A DNA stretch of 40,940 nucleotides from a virus. Taxonomy: Duplodnaviria > Caudoviricetes. The position numbers and the translations under genes are program-made. Within the stretch, counting starts at the first letter, position 1; each line of letters begins with the position of its first letter. Location: IMG/VR virus record IMGVR_UViG_3300032237_000145, positions 1 to 40,940 of that record; one strand, written 5' to 3'. This document shows, piece by piece, positions 33,052 through 40,940 of the stretch. The notes under the pieces are model-generated. The model did not search any database, was not told the DNA's origin, and saw only the letters and a list, made by a program, of their open reading frames with translations.

Positions 33052-33762
33052 ATGGCACAAGAGACAGTAGCAGTAGCATGGTGTGACAACGGAGACGTTG
33101 ATGGCAAGTTCATGCAAGGAGTTACAGATGTACTCCTAAAATCAGGAGTCAAGTTTGAAACTTCTATTCGTAGTCAGGGCAATCAGATTGCTCGACAGCG
33201 CGAGAAGGTAATTAAGTTTTGGTATGAGCAGAACCTATCAGAGTGGTTACTCTGGGTAGATTCAGACATTGTACTTAGTCCAGAGAACTTCTTGAAGTTA
33301 TGGAACAAAAAAGACAAAGTATCTAAGCCACTACTTACAGGCGTATACTTTACAACAGATACACCAGAAGAACCATTGATGGTTCCAATGCCAACAATCT
33401 ACTCCTTTGCGGAGTTAGATGGCGGACTGGGTATCAAGCGAGTACACCCACTGCCTAAAGATACGTTCATGAAGGTAGAAGCAGCGGGCATGGGATTCGT
33501 CCTGATGCACCGCAGTGTAGTTGAGAAGATTATGGAAGCCCTACCAGGAGTTCCATTCTTTACCGAGATGGGTGCTGATAAGGCATTCATTGGTGAGGAC
33601 ATCTACTTCTTCGCTCTATGTGGTAAGGCTGACATCCCGCTATGGTGTGATACATCAGCACTTGTTCCTCACATGAAACGCTTCTCATTCGATGAACATT
33701 ATTACAAAGCATTCTTTGGCTCAGAAGAAAAGAAGTCAAATTTAATATTACCGAAAGGGTAA
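33052..33762 (+). CDS. GT-A fold (family 2-like) glycosyltransferase
   Basis: DxD in 'LLWVDSDI', 'AGMGFVL', 'GEDIYF', C-terminal H. Confidence 0.8.
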   Translation: MAQETVAVAWCDNGDVDGKFMQGVTDVLLKSGVKFETSIRSQGNQIARQREKVIKFWYEQNLSEWLLWVDSDIVLSPENFLKLWNKKDKVSKPLLTGVYFTTDTPEEPLMVPMPTIYSFAELDGGLGIKRVHPLPKDTFMKVEAAGMGFVLMHRSVVEKIMEALPGVPFFTEMGADKAFIGEDIYFFALCGKADIPLWCDTSALVPHMKRFSFDEHYYKAFFGSEEKKSNLILPKG

Positions 33763-33765
33763 AAG

Positions 33766-34035
33766 ATGGCATACGGCAGACCAGGAAGTACATTGGTAGA
33801 GGAACTTAACCGCCTCGCTTTTGGTGGGACTCTCCCACCTAAAACACAATGGCTAGATGATGAAGGTGCGGCAAATAAACTTGCTGGCACTGTAGGTCTA
33901 GCCGCTACTGGTGCTTGCAATAAGTATGCTAATTTACCTATTACAAAGTGGCAAGACCTCCAGGGTGCTTGTAATGCAATCGCTGGTACCGTAGGACTTG
34001 GAGCCGCAGAGGCCCTTAGAAGGGTGAACATGTAA
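33766..34035 (+). CDS. small hypothetical protein with internal repeat
   Basis: 'GAANKLAGTVGL' / 'GACNAIAGTVGL' repeats. Confidence 0.6.
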   Translation: MAYGRPGSTLVEELNRLAFGGTLPPKTQWLDDEGAANKLAGTVGLAATGACNKYANLPITKWQDLQGACNAIAGTVGLGAAEALRRVNM

Positions 34036-34967
34036 TGACTACATTAAACAATATGATTGATGAAGTATTGATTAACCTCGCTGGATATACATTCCAACAG
34101 GACCGCAGCACCTATATTGGGGCAGCGGTAACGAGTACTACATCTTCCGTTGCGGCACCAACTATCCTGCAACTCGGTTCTACCGATTCAGTAGGCAAGG
34201 GTATCCTTGAGATTGATGAAGAACTAATGTGGGTCGATTCATTTGACCGTGTTGCTAACACTGCAACTGTCTCACCGTACGGACGTGGATATCTTGGTAC
34301 AACTGCAGCAACTCACAGCGCTGAAAGCAAGGTAACAATCTCACCTACTTTCCCACGTTATAGTGTGAAGCGTGCAATTAACGATACTATCCGCTCTCTT
34401 GGAGCAAATATTTTCTCTGTTAAGTCAACAACCTTTACATTTAATGCTGCTGTGTCTACATATGCATTTGCTAATATCAACATCAAGAACATCTTGACTA
34501 TCAGTTGGCAGAGCATTGGGCCAAGCAAGGAATGGATTCCAATCCGCCATTATGACTTTGACTCATCTGCCAATCCACAGGCATTTGGATATACCAGTAC
34601 AGATGTTGTGCAAACAATAACGCTTGGTGAAGCACCAATCCCTGGTCGTACAGTCAAGGTGGTCTATGCTGTAAATCCAGTACCTATGACAAACAACTCA
34701 GATGTCTATACAACAGTAACTGGACTACCTGAATCAACACGCGACGTAGTGGTCCTTGGAGCGGCATATCGCTTGCTATCATTCCTTGACCCAGCACGTG
34801 CTTCACAGGTTAGCCCACAGGCTGACGAAACAGATAGCAAGCGCCCATTCGGCGCAAGTAGGGACGCAACTAAACAACTGTACGCTCTTTATACTCAACG
34901 TCTTAACGAAGAGACAAAGGCTCAACAGAATAACTACCCACCTAAAGTCCACTACTCCCGTCGATAA
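34035..34967 (+). CDS. head-tail adaptor / tail tubular protein A-like
   Basis: helical N- and C-termini ('TLNNMIDEV', 'VVVLGAAYRLL') around beta-rich core; first gene of tail module. Confidence 0.6.
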   Translation: MTTLNNMIDEVLINLAGYTFQQDRSTYIGAAVTSTTSSVAAPTILQLGSTDSVGKGILEIDEELMWVDSFDRVANTATVSPYGRGYLGTTAATHSAESKVTISPTFPRYSVKRAINDTIRSLGANIFSVKSTTFTFNAAVSTYAFANINIKNILTISWQSIGPSKEWIPIRHYDFDSSANPQAFGYTSTDVVQTITLGEAPIPGRTVKVVYAVNPVPMTNNSDVYTTVTGLPESTRDVVVLGAAYRLLSFLDPARASQVSPQADETDSKRPFGASRDATKQLYALYTQRLNEETKAQQNNYPPKVHYSRR

Positions 34968-34976
34968 GGACCAGCA

Positions 34977-37058
34977 ATGACAACTAGAAAATATTCATCC
35001 CGCTCTCAGCAAACAACGCTGACTGCTGGTCTTACATCATCTGGCACATCAGCAACTGTTGTATCAGGTACCGCACTGCTTGGTGGCGTTACTATCTCCG
35101 CAGGAGAAACTTTCACAATTGTTATCGACCCAGATACAGCAATTGAAGAAATTGTAGATGTCACCGCCGTCTCCACTAATACATTAACTATTACACGTGG
35201 TATTGACGGCGCATCTGGACAGGCTCACTCTGCAGGCGCAGTTGTACGACACATGGCAATTGGCCGAGATTATCGTGAAGCCAACCAGCACATTGAGAAT
35301 GTCACAACTGCTCACGGACTTACAGTTGCAGATGTTATCACAACAACCAACACTAAGACTTTAACAAACAAGACTCTTACTAGCCCAACAGTCAATACAC
35401 CAACAATCACTGGTGGTACAGTTGCTAACGCAACAATTACAGGACTAAGCAATCCATCAGCAGGTGGAGATGCAGCCAATAAGACTTATGTAGACTCAAT
35501 CCTTGGGTCAGCAACTGCTGCATCTACAAGCGCTACAAGCGCTGCTGCTAGTGCAACCGCTGCAGCAACAAGCGCAGCATCTGCTGTAACTAGTGCTACA
35601 TCATCTGCAACATCAGCAACTGCTGCCGCTACTTCTGCAACCAGCGCCGCTACCTCAGCAACTGCATCAGCGGCATCTGCTCTTGCTGCTACTACATCTG
35701 CTACAAGCGCATCTACACAGGCTACAGCGGCTGCTACAAGTGCAACTAGTGCAGCGACCAGCGCGACTGCATCTGCCACATCGGCTACATCAGCAGCGGC
35801 TTCTGCTACGGCTGCAGCAACGAGTGCTACATCAGCAGCCTCTAGCGCAACATCAGCAGCATCATCACTTTCAAGCGTAACTGGACTTACTGGTTCTGGA
35901 CTTGTCCGTGATATGGGTTCAATTACAGATGCTGATACAACAACAACATCTTACATCAATATTTCATCATATGCTACAGCAGCAGCAACTAGCGCAACAA
36001 GCGCTGCAACATCTGCAACATCTTCTGCTTCATCTGCTTCTGCATCTGCAACATCTGCAACTAGTGCCGCAGCAAGTGCAACTAATGCTGCAGCATCTGA
36101 TGTGTCTGCCCAAAACTGGGCAACTAAGACATCAGGTCCAGTTGCTGGTGCTGAATATTCCGCTAAGTATAATGCACAACTTGCTGCTACAAGCGCAACT
36201 TCTGCAGCAACTTCAGCGACATCTTCAGCAACGTCTGCTACTTCAAGTGCTACATCTGCAACAGCAGCAGCAACATCTGCTACAAGTGCAGCAGCATCCG
36301 CTAGTTCTGCAGCATCTGCAGCATCGGGTGCGGTAAGCGGTAAGTTGGATAAGTCTGGTGGCACCATGACTGGCGACCTTATTCTCAATGCTGACCCAAC
36401 TGCAAGCCTCGGTGCTGCTACTAAGCAGTATGTAGATTTGATTACATCTGGAGTCAACTTCCATGCTCCAGTCAAGGCAGCATCTATTACTAACCTTGGT
36501 GTAACATATAACAATGGAACTTCTGGAGTTGGTGCGACCCTTACTGCAGATACACTCCGTGCCTTCAATACACTTGACGGTCAGTCAGTGTCTGTGGGTG
36601 AGCGCGTGCTTATTAAGGACCAGACAACTCAAACCCAGAATGGTATTTATACTCTTACTAATAACGGTTCTGCTGGAACAACTGCTTGGATTCTAACACG
36701 CGCAAGCGACCAAGACAATAGCATTCCTGGCGAAATGGCTAATGGCGATGTTATCTTTGCTACAGGTGGAACAGTCAACTCTGGTAAAACATTTGTTAAC
36801 TCAACTGTAGGAACAATTACTATTGGTACAACCAATATTACCTATAGCACATATTATGCAGGATTACCAGCCCAAACTGGAAGTTCTGGATATTACTTAA
36901 CTACAGATGGAACTACGCCTTCTTGGGGTGCTGTCAATGCTTTGCCAAGCCAGGCTACCAACTCTGGTAAGTATCTAACAACAAACGGAACGGCAGCGTC
37001 TTGGGCAACGATTACCACAGACCCATTGCCACAAATCATGATGATGATGGGAGCATAA
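34977..37058 (+). CDS. tail fibre protein with Ser/Ala/Thr repeat shaft
   Basis: long SATSAA repeats, 'KSGGTMTGDL...AATKQYVD', 'RVLIKDQT..TQNGIY', 'GKYLTTNGT' fibre motifs. Confidence 0.85.
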   Translation: MTTRKYSSRSQQTTLTAGLTSSGTSATVVSGTALLGGVTISAGETFTIVIDPDTAIEEIVDVTAVSTNTLTITRGIDGASGQAHSAGAVVRHMAIGRDYREANQHIENVTTAHGLTVADVITTTNTKTLTNKTLTSPTVNTPTITGGTVANATITGLSNPSAGGDAANKTYVDSILGSATAASTSATSAAASATAAATSAASAVTSATSSATSATAAATSATSAATSATASAASALAATTSATSASTQATAAATSATSAATSATASATSATSAAASATAAATSATSAASSATSAASSLSSVTGLTGSGLVRDMGSITDADTTTTSYINISSYATAAATSATSAATSATSSASSASASATSATSAAASATNAAASDVSAQNWATKTSGPVAGAEYSAKYNAQLAATSATSAATSATSSATSATSSATSATAAATSATSAAASASSAASAASGAVSGKLDKSGGTMTGDLILNADPTASLGAATKQYVDLITSGVNFHAPVKAASITNLGVTYNNGTSGVGATLTADTLRAFNTLDGQSVSVGERVLIKDQTTQTQNGIYTLTNNGSAGTTAWILTRASDQDNSIPGEMANGDVIFATGGTVNSGKTFVNSTVGTITIGTTNITYSTYYAGLPAQTGSSGYYLTTDGTTPSWGAVNALPSQATNSGKYLTTNGTAASWATITTDPLPQIMMMMGA
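35510..36335 (+). repeat. low-complexity coding repeats (SATSAA heptad-like)
   Basis: degenerate GCA/GCT/ACA/TCT repeats within tail fibre. Confidence 0.8.
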
Positions 37059-37062
37059 GCAA

Positions 37063-37269
37063 ATGCCAAGTTCATTCGCAATCCAGATGCGTCGAGGCAC
37101 AACAGCCCAGCACGCTTCATTTACAGGCTTGGTTGGTGAAGTTACAGTCGACACCGACAAAGATACTATCGTGGTTCACGATGGCAGCAAGGTTGGCGGT
37201 TATCCGCTGGCAAAAGAATCAGCCTTGACTGAGGCTGGCTTTAATCCATTTCTACTAATAGGAGCATAA
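37063..37269 (+). CDS. small tail-fibre-associated protein (Mtd-N / hyaluronidase N-terminal-like domain)
   Basis: 'IQMRRGTTAQHASFTG..GEV.VDTD......DG' motif. Confidence 0.7.
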   Translation: MPSSFAIQMRRGTTAQHASFTGLVGEVTVDTDKDTIVVHDGSKVGGYPLAKESALTEAGFNPFLLIGA

Positions 37270-37272
37270 TCA

Positions 37273-37602
37273 ATGGCAAATGTATACAAGGTCTTGGCTC
37301 AGTCAAACCCAGCAGCCACAACCGCAACAACACTTTACACAGTACCTTCTTCAACATCATCTGTAATCTCAACAATTACAGTGTGCAACCAGGCAGCATC
37401 TGCAGGAACATACCGCATTGCCGTTCGTCCAGCAGGAGCAACTCTTGCTGCTCAGCATTATGTGGCATACGATGTAGCAATTGCCGCTAATGATACAACA
37501 GCACTAACACTTGGTTTGACACTTGCAACAACTGACATTGTAACAATCTACGCTTCATCAGCAACAATGTCATTCAACGCTTACGGCTCAGAGATTTCTT
37601 AA
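37273..37602 (+). CDS. tail protein, small beta-sandwich adaptor
   Basis: 'TTLYTVP...ITVCN...GSEI'. Confidence 0.65.
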   Translation: MANVYKVLAQSNPAATTATTLYTVPSSTSSVISTITVCNQAASAGTYRIAVRPAGATLAAQHYVAYDVAIAANDTTALTLGLTLATTDIVTIYASSATMSFNAYGSEIS

Positions 37603-37614
37603 TAGGAGGATACA

Positions 37615-38898
37615 ATGGCAATCAGTAGATTTAAGACATCTTCGGTGGCTCAAGGGTTGCCAAAGTATCAAAAGTTTTGGGACCAGTCAACAACACTTTA
37701 TAGTTACTATCTTGCAAGTTTTGGAACTGCTGGTGGTACTGAGGCTGCGATGGCAATTCGTAAAGATTCATCTGGCAACTGGTACACTACTGGTATAGAA
37801 GGCGGTTCAACAGCATCTGGCGTTCGTAAGCTTAACCCAGCATTTAATTCTATTACTTGGCAAAAAGTTGCAAGTCTTGGCACTTATACAGGGTATGATG
37901 GACTAGAATTAGATTCATCTGGCAATCCTATTGTTGGTGGATACAATAATCAAAATGGTCGTGTTGCTGGTCGCGCAAAGTTTAGTGCAACAGATGGAAG
38001 CACAACTTGGCATTATTACTATAGCGTTGGTGGATATGGTAATGGGCTTGCTCAAGACTCTGCTGGCAATTTATATTCAGCACACTCTGGTAGTTCTTCA
38101 AATCCTGGCATGTTAAAAACAAACTCATCTGGAACAAGCCCAACTTACTATTATTATAGTGGTGGAGTTTATGGAACTGGTGTTGCATATAATCCTTCAA
38201 CAGATTTTCTTTATTTAACAACTACTGGTGCTTCAAGCGTATATCGTGGAGAATTAACTTGCCTTAATACAAGTGGTACAGTACAGTGGTCTAAATATTT
38301 TACAAGCACTTATTGCACAGGAACAGCCCAAGGAATTTCTTTTGATTCTTCAAACAATATTTACCTTGGCACTTTTGCAGCAGATACTGGAACATCAGGT
38401 GCATATTGTCTAGGTGTAAAGTTTAACTCATCTGGAGTACAACAGTGGTCTAGGAAACTAGATGCTGGCACTGGTAGTAACGACCAATTTATGGGAAGCG
38501 CTATTGACTCATCAGGAAATGTTTACTTTGTTGGAGTTACTGGAACTTCTGGAATAATTGCAAAATATAATTCATCGGGTACAATTCAATGGCAACGCAC
38601 AATGACCAATACTCAATTCCAATCAGTAAGAATAGAATCTAATTTAGAACTTATTGTTACTGGAACTGTTGGAAATGATGGCATTGTTGTAAGAGTTCCT
38701 ACAGATGGAACTAAAACAGGAACATATACTCTTAATGGTGTATCTATTACATACGCAGCAAGCAGCCTTACTGATTCGGCATCAGGGCTTTCTTCTAGCG
38801 ATACTGGATATGGCTGGGGTTCTGCTGGTCAATCAGCAACATCAGTTGGCACATCATACACAACAGATACTTCTACAGTAGTAAAGGTGGCAATATGA
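37615..38898 (+). CDS. beta-propeller receptor-binding / tail spike protein
   Basis: repeated 'DSSGN.Y', 'K.NSSG..QW' blades; AT-richer than the core genome. Confidence 0.7.
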   Translation: MAISRFKTSSVAQGLPKYQKFWDQSTTLYSYYLASFGTAGGTEAAMAIRKDSSGNWYTTGIEGGSTASGVRKLNPAFNSITWQKVASLGTYTGYDGLELDSSGNPIVGGYNNQNGRVAGRAKFSATDGSTTWHYYYSVGGYGNGLAQDSAGNLYSAHSGSSSNPGMLKTNSSGTSPTYYYYSGGVYGTGVAYNPSTDFLYLTTTGASSVYRGELTCLNTSGTVQWSKYFTSTYCTGTAQGISFDSSNNIYLGTFAADTGTSGAYCLGVKFNSSGVQQWSRKLDAGTGSNDQFMGSAIDSSGNVYFVGVTGTSGIIAKYNSSGTIQWQRTMTNTQFQSVRIESNLELIVTGTVGNDGIVVRVPTDGTKTGTYTLNGVSITYAASSLTDSASGLSSSDTGYGWGSAGQSATSVGTSYTTDTSTVVKVAI

Positions 38899-39188
38899 GT
38901 GCTTATGTATTTAAAGCAACAGGAGAATATCCAATTCACTTTGGGGATATTATTATTAAGTATCCAAATGCTACCGAGGATAACATTCCAGATGATTTAG
39001 CCCTTGTTGTTGAAACACCTAAACCAGATAAAGGTGAAGGTCAAGGCGTATACGAGTCAACACCTATTGAAATTAATGGTGTGTGGATTCAGCAATGGAT
39101 TGTTCGTGATTTAACTCAAGAAGAAAAAGATAGTCTTGCTGCAAGAGAACAGGCAATCTTAGATAAACTTGCAACACTGGAGGCATAA
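38895..39188 (+). CDS. tail fibre assembly chaperone-like protein
   Basis: 'E..P..INGVWIQQW.V..LT.EE'; follows spike gene. Confidence 0.55.
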   Translation: MSAYVFKATGEYPIHFGDIIIKYPNATEDNIPDDLALVVETPKPDKGEGQGVYESTPIEINGVWIQQWIVRDLTQEEKDSLAAREQAILDKLATLEA

Positions 39189-39787
39189 TGGGAATTCGTA
39201 GTCTTAAATCAGCCAGTATTTCTACTGGAACTAAGAGTTCTAAATTTTGGGACCAATCTACAGTGCTATCCTCTTATGAATCTATTGCTACTGTAAATGT
39301 TGGCTCAGGTGGAGTTTCTTCTGTTTCGTTCTCATCAATCCCTAGCACTTACAAGCATCTCCAAATTCGTGGTATTGTCAGAAGCGATAGAGTAAATTCA
39401 GTTGAAGGATTTAATTATCAACTTAATGGAGTAAGCAGCAGCAGTTATTATTACCACAGACTTTACGGAGATGGCTCAGCCGCAGCAGCTGATAACGCAG
39501 GTGGTCTAGGTACTGGAAATTCTACAGGACAAATTCCAGCTTCTACTGCAACTGCTAATGTTTTTGGCGTAATGGTTATGGATATTTTAGATTATCAAAA
39601 TACAAATAAATACAAAACTACTAGAAGTTTATTAGGTTTTGATAGCAACGGAAGCGGTACTATCTGGTTTGCAAGCGGACTTTATTCAGCCAATACAAAT
39701 GCCATTTCTTCCATTTCTTTTTACGGTTCATCTACTTCAAATATTTCTCAATACTCATCATTCGCGCTCTACGGGATTAAGGGGTAA
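39188..39787 (+). CDS. tail/receptor-binding beta-sandwich protein, paralogue 1
   Basis: 'FSSIPSTYKHLQI...AISSISF...FALYGIK'. Confidence 0.7.
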   Translation: MGIRSLKSASISTGTKSSKFWDQSTVLSSYESIATVNVGSGGVSSVSFSSIPSTYKHLQIRGIVRSDRVNSVEGFNYQLNGVSSSSYYYHRLYGDGSAAAADNAGGLGTGNSTGQIPASTATANVFGVMVMDILDYQNTNKYKTTRSLLGFDSNGSGTIWFASGLYSANTNAISSISFYGSSTSNISQYSSFALYGIKG

Positions 39788-39792
39788 ATCAG

Positions 39793-40242
39793 ATGGCAGC
39801 AGGTTCAACTCAGCTTGAAAGAATTGTTGACCGTTTTGTTAAGCAGCCTAATGGTTGCTGGCATCACCCATCAAAACCAAACGATAAAGGCTATGGAGTA
39901 ACTCGTGTTGGCTGGCCTGTAACTAAAGGTGAAAAGTTACACCGCCTATCTTGGATGTACTTCAATGGTGATATCCCAGAGGGAATGGTTATTGACCATC
40001 TATGCCACAATCCAAATATCTGTGAAGGTGGCAACACTTGCGAACACCGCAGGTGTGTAAACGCTGAGCACTTGCAGTTAATTCCTGCATCAGAGAACAA
40101 CGCAAAGACAGTTCGAGTATTAAAGTTTAGAACTCACTGCAAGAACGGACATAAATTGGAAAACAATATATACGTATATGCAAATGGTAAGCGCAGAGGT
40201 TGCGCTACCTGTATGAACAGAACAGTAAAGGTGGGAATCTGA
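39793..40242 (+). mobile_element. free-standing HNH homing endonuclease inserted in tail genes
   Basis: 'GCW', 'HRLSW', 'IDHLC.N....C..R.CVN.EHL......N', 'THCKNGH', CxxC. Confidence 0.85.
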
Positions 40243-40754
40243 TGGCCGCGGGCAGCACCTACAGTCCGATTGCAACTATTACTCTTGGAAGTTCAGCAGC
40301 AACCATTGATTTCACTTCAATCAGTGGAAGTTATACCGATTTAGTTCTTGTAATATCTGGTGTTTCAAGTAGCGGCAATAACATCTTTACACGGTTCAAT
40401 TCTAATACAGCGAGCAATTATTCAGTAACTCGCCTATCTGGTAGCGGTACTGCTGCATTAAGTGACAGAGAATCTAATCAGACTTATATGACCATAAGTA
40501 ATTACGGCTGGCCTACAACAACATCAGGCGAGCAAAACACTATTATGCAGATTATGAACTACAGTAACGCGACAACAAATAAGACGGTTTTAGTGCGTTC
40601 TAATAGAGCATCGAACGGAGTAGATGCCATCGTTGGTTTGTGGCGACAAACGGCTGCAATTACAAGTATCTCTTTATCAACTAATGGCTTCAGCGGGGCA
40701 TCAGGTTGGTCTGCTGGAACAACAGTAACCCTCTACGGAATAGCCGCGGCTTAA
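40242..40754 (+). CDS. tail/receptor-binding beta-sandwich protein, paralogue 2
   Basis: 'FTSISGSYTDLVL...AITSISL...TLYGI'; ATG at 40242 overlaps HNH stop (TGATG). Confidence 0.7.
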   Translation: MAAGSTYSPIATITLGSSAATIDFTSISGSYTDLVLVISGVSSSGNNIFTRFNSNTASNYSVTRLSGSGTAALSDRESNQTYMTISNYGWPTTTSGEQNTIMQIMNYSNATTNKTVLVRSNRASNGVDAIVGLWRQTAAITSISLSTNGFSGASGWSAGTTVTLYGIAAA

Positions 40755-40763
40755 GGAGCAACT

Positions 40764-40940
40764 ATGGCAAACACTTTTGAACTTATTGCTGCATACACAG
40801 CAAGTGGGTCAGTTTCATCTATTGACTTTACTTCAATTCCAAGCACTTACACCGACCTATGTTTAAAAATGTCTTTAAGAACGGATAGGTCAGCAGTTCC
40901 AGACCAAGCAAAAATTACCTTCAATGGCAGCACTACAAGC
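40764..40940 (+). CDS. tail beta-sandwich protein, paralogue 3 (truncated by window end)
   Basis: AAGGAG SD; MANTFELIAAYTASGSVSSIDFTSIPSTYTDLCLK... Confidence 0.7.
   Translation, partial: MANTFELIAAYTASGSVSSIDFTSIPSTYTDLCLKMSLRTDRSAVPDQAKITFNGSTTS

Noticed and set aside
37063-37269. Diversity-generating retroelement suggested by the Mtd-N-like domain
   Set aside because: No reverse transcriptase and no TR/VR repeat pair differing at adenines seen
39793-40242. Group I intron or intein around the HNH
   Set aside because: The ORF fills the whole insert, leaving no room for a ribozyme core, has no intein terminal residues, and both genes have their own ATG
1-40940. Prophage, integrase/att sites or alternative genetic code
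   Set aside because: No host genes or integrase seen; standard-code ORFs tile the window densely and all three stop codons are used

Overview
Near-complete (circularly permuted) genome of a tailed dsDNA phage, most likely a lytic podovirus-type phage of Actinobacteria. Host inference rests on a WhiB-family regulator, an actinobacterial-type lytic transglycosylase and a leaderless SigA-type promoter; the gene set resembles uncultured freshwater actinophages. Layout: end of tail module and lysis cassette (1-3.1 kb, +); replication/recombination module (split Cas4/RecB-like nuclease, DnaB-like helicase, resolvase, split primase, HNH, phosphoesterase, sigma factor; 3.5-9.1 kb, +); leftward early/host-takeover region (9.1-15.3 kb, -) with WhiB, transglycosylase, an amidoligase + class II glutamine amidotransferase pair and many small ORFs; a palindrome-rich divergent control region (15.3-15.8 kb); terminase, portal, a proteasome-beta/HslV-like protease, internal virion proteins, scaffold, capsid, a cluster of very basic proteins, glycosyltransferase and tail genes (15.8-40.9 kb, +). 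I recognised no DNA polymerase, RNA polymerase, integrase or tape-measure gene. The most unusual signals are: (1) about 10 co-oriented copies of a 14-bp palindrome TCCGTTTAAACGGA confined to the early region and interleaved with a family of related promoters; (2) a promoter-driven structured RNA containing a minimal tRNA-elbow mimic; (3) a Zn-finger-decorated amidoligase/GATase pair plus a stand-alone Thr-protease; (4) an HNH endonuclease that duplicated and fully recoded the first six codons of the gene it invaded; (5) apparent purging of GATC, CCGG and AGCT, with AGCT seen only in the receptor-binding cassette. All calls come from reading the sequence by eye; no database searches were run.
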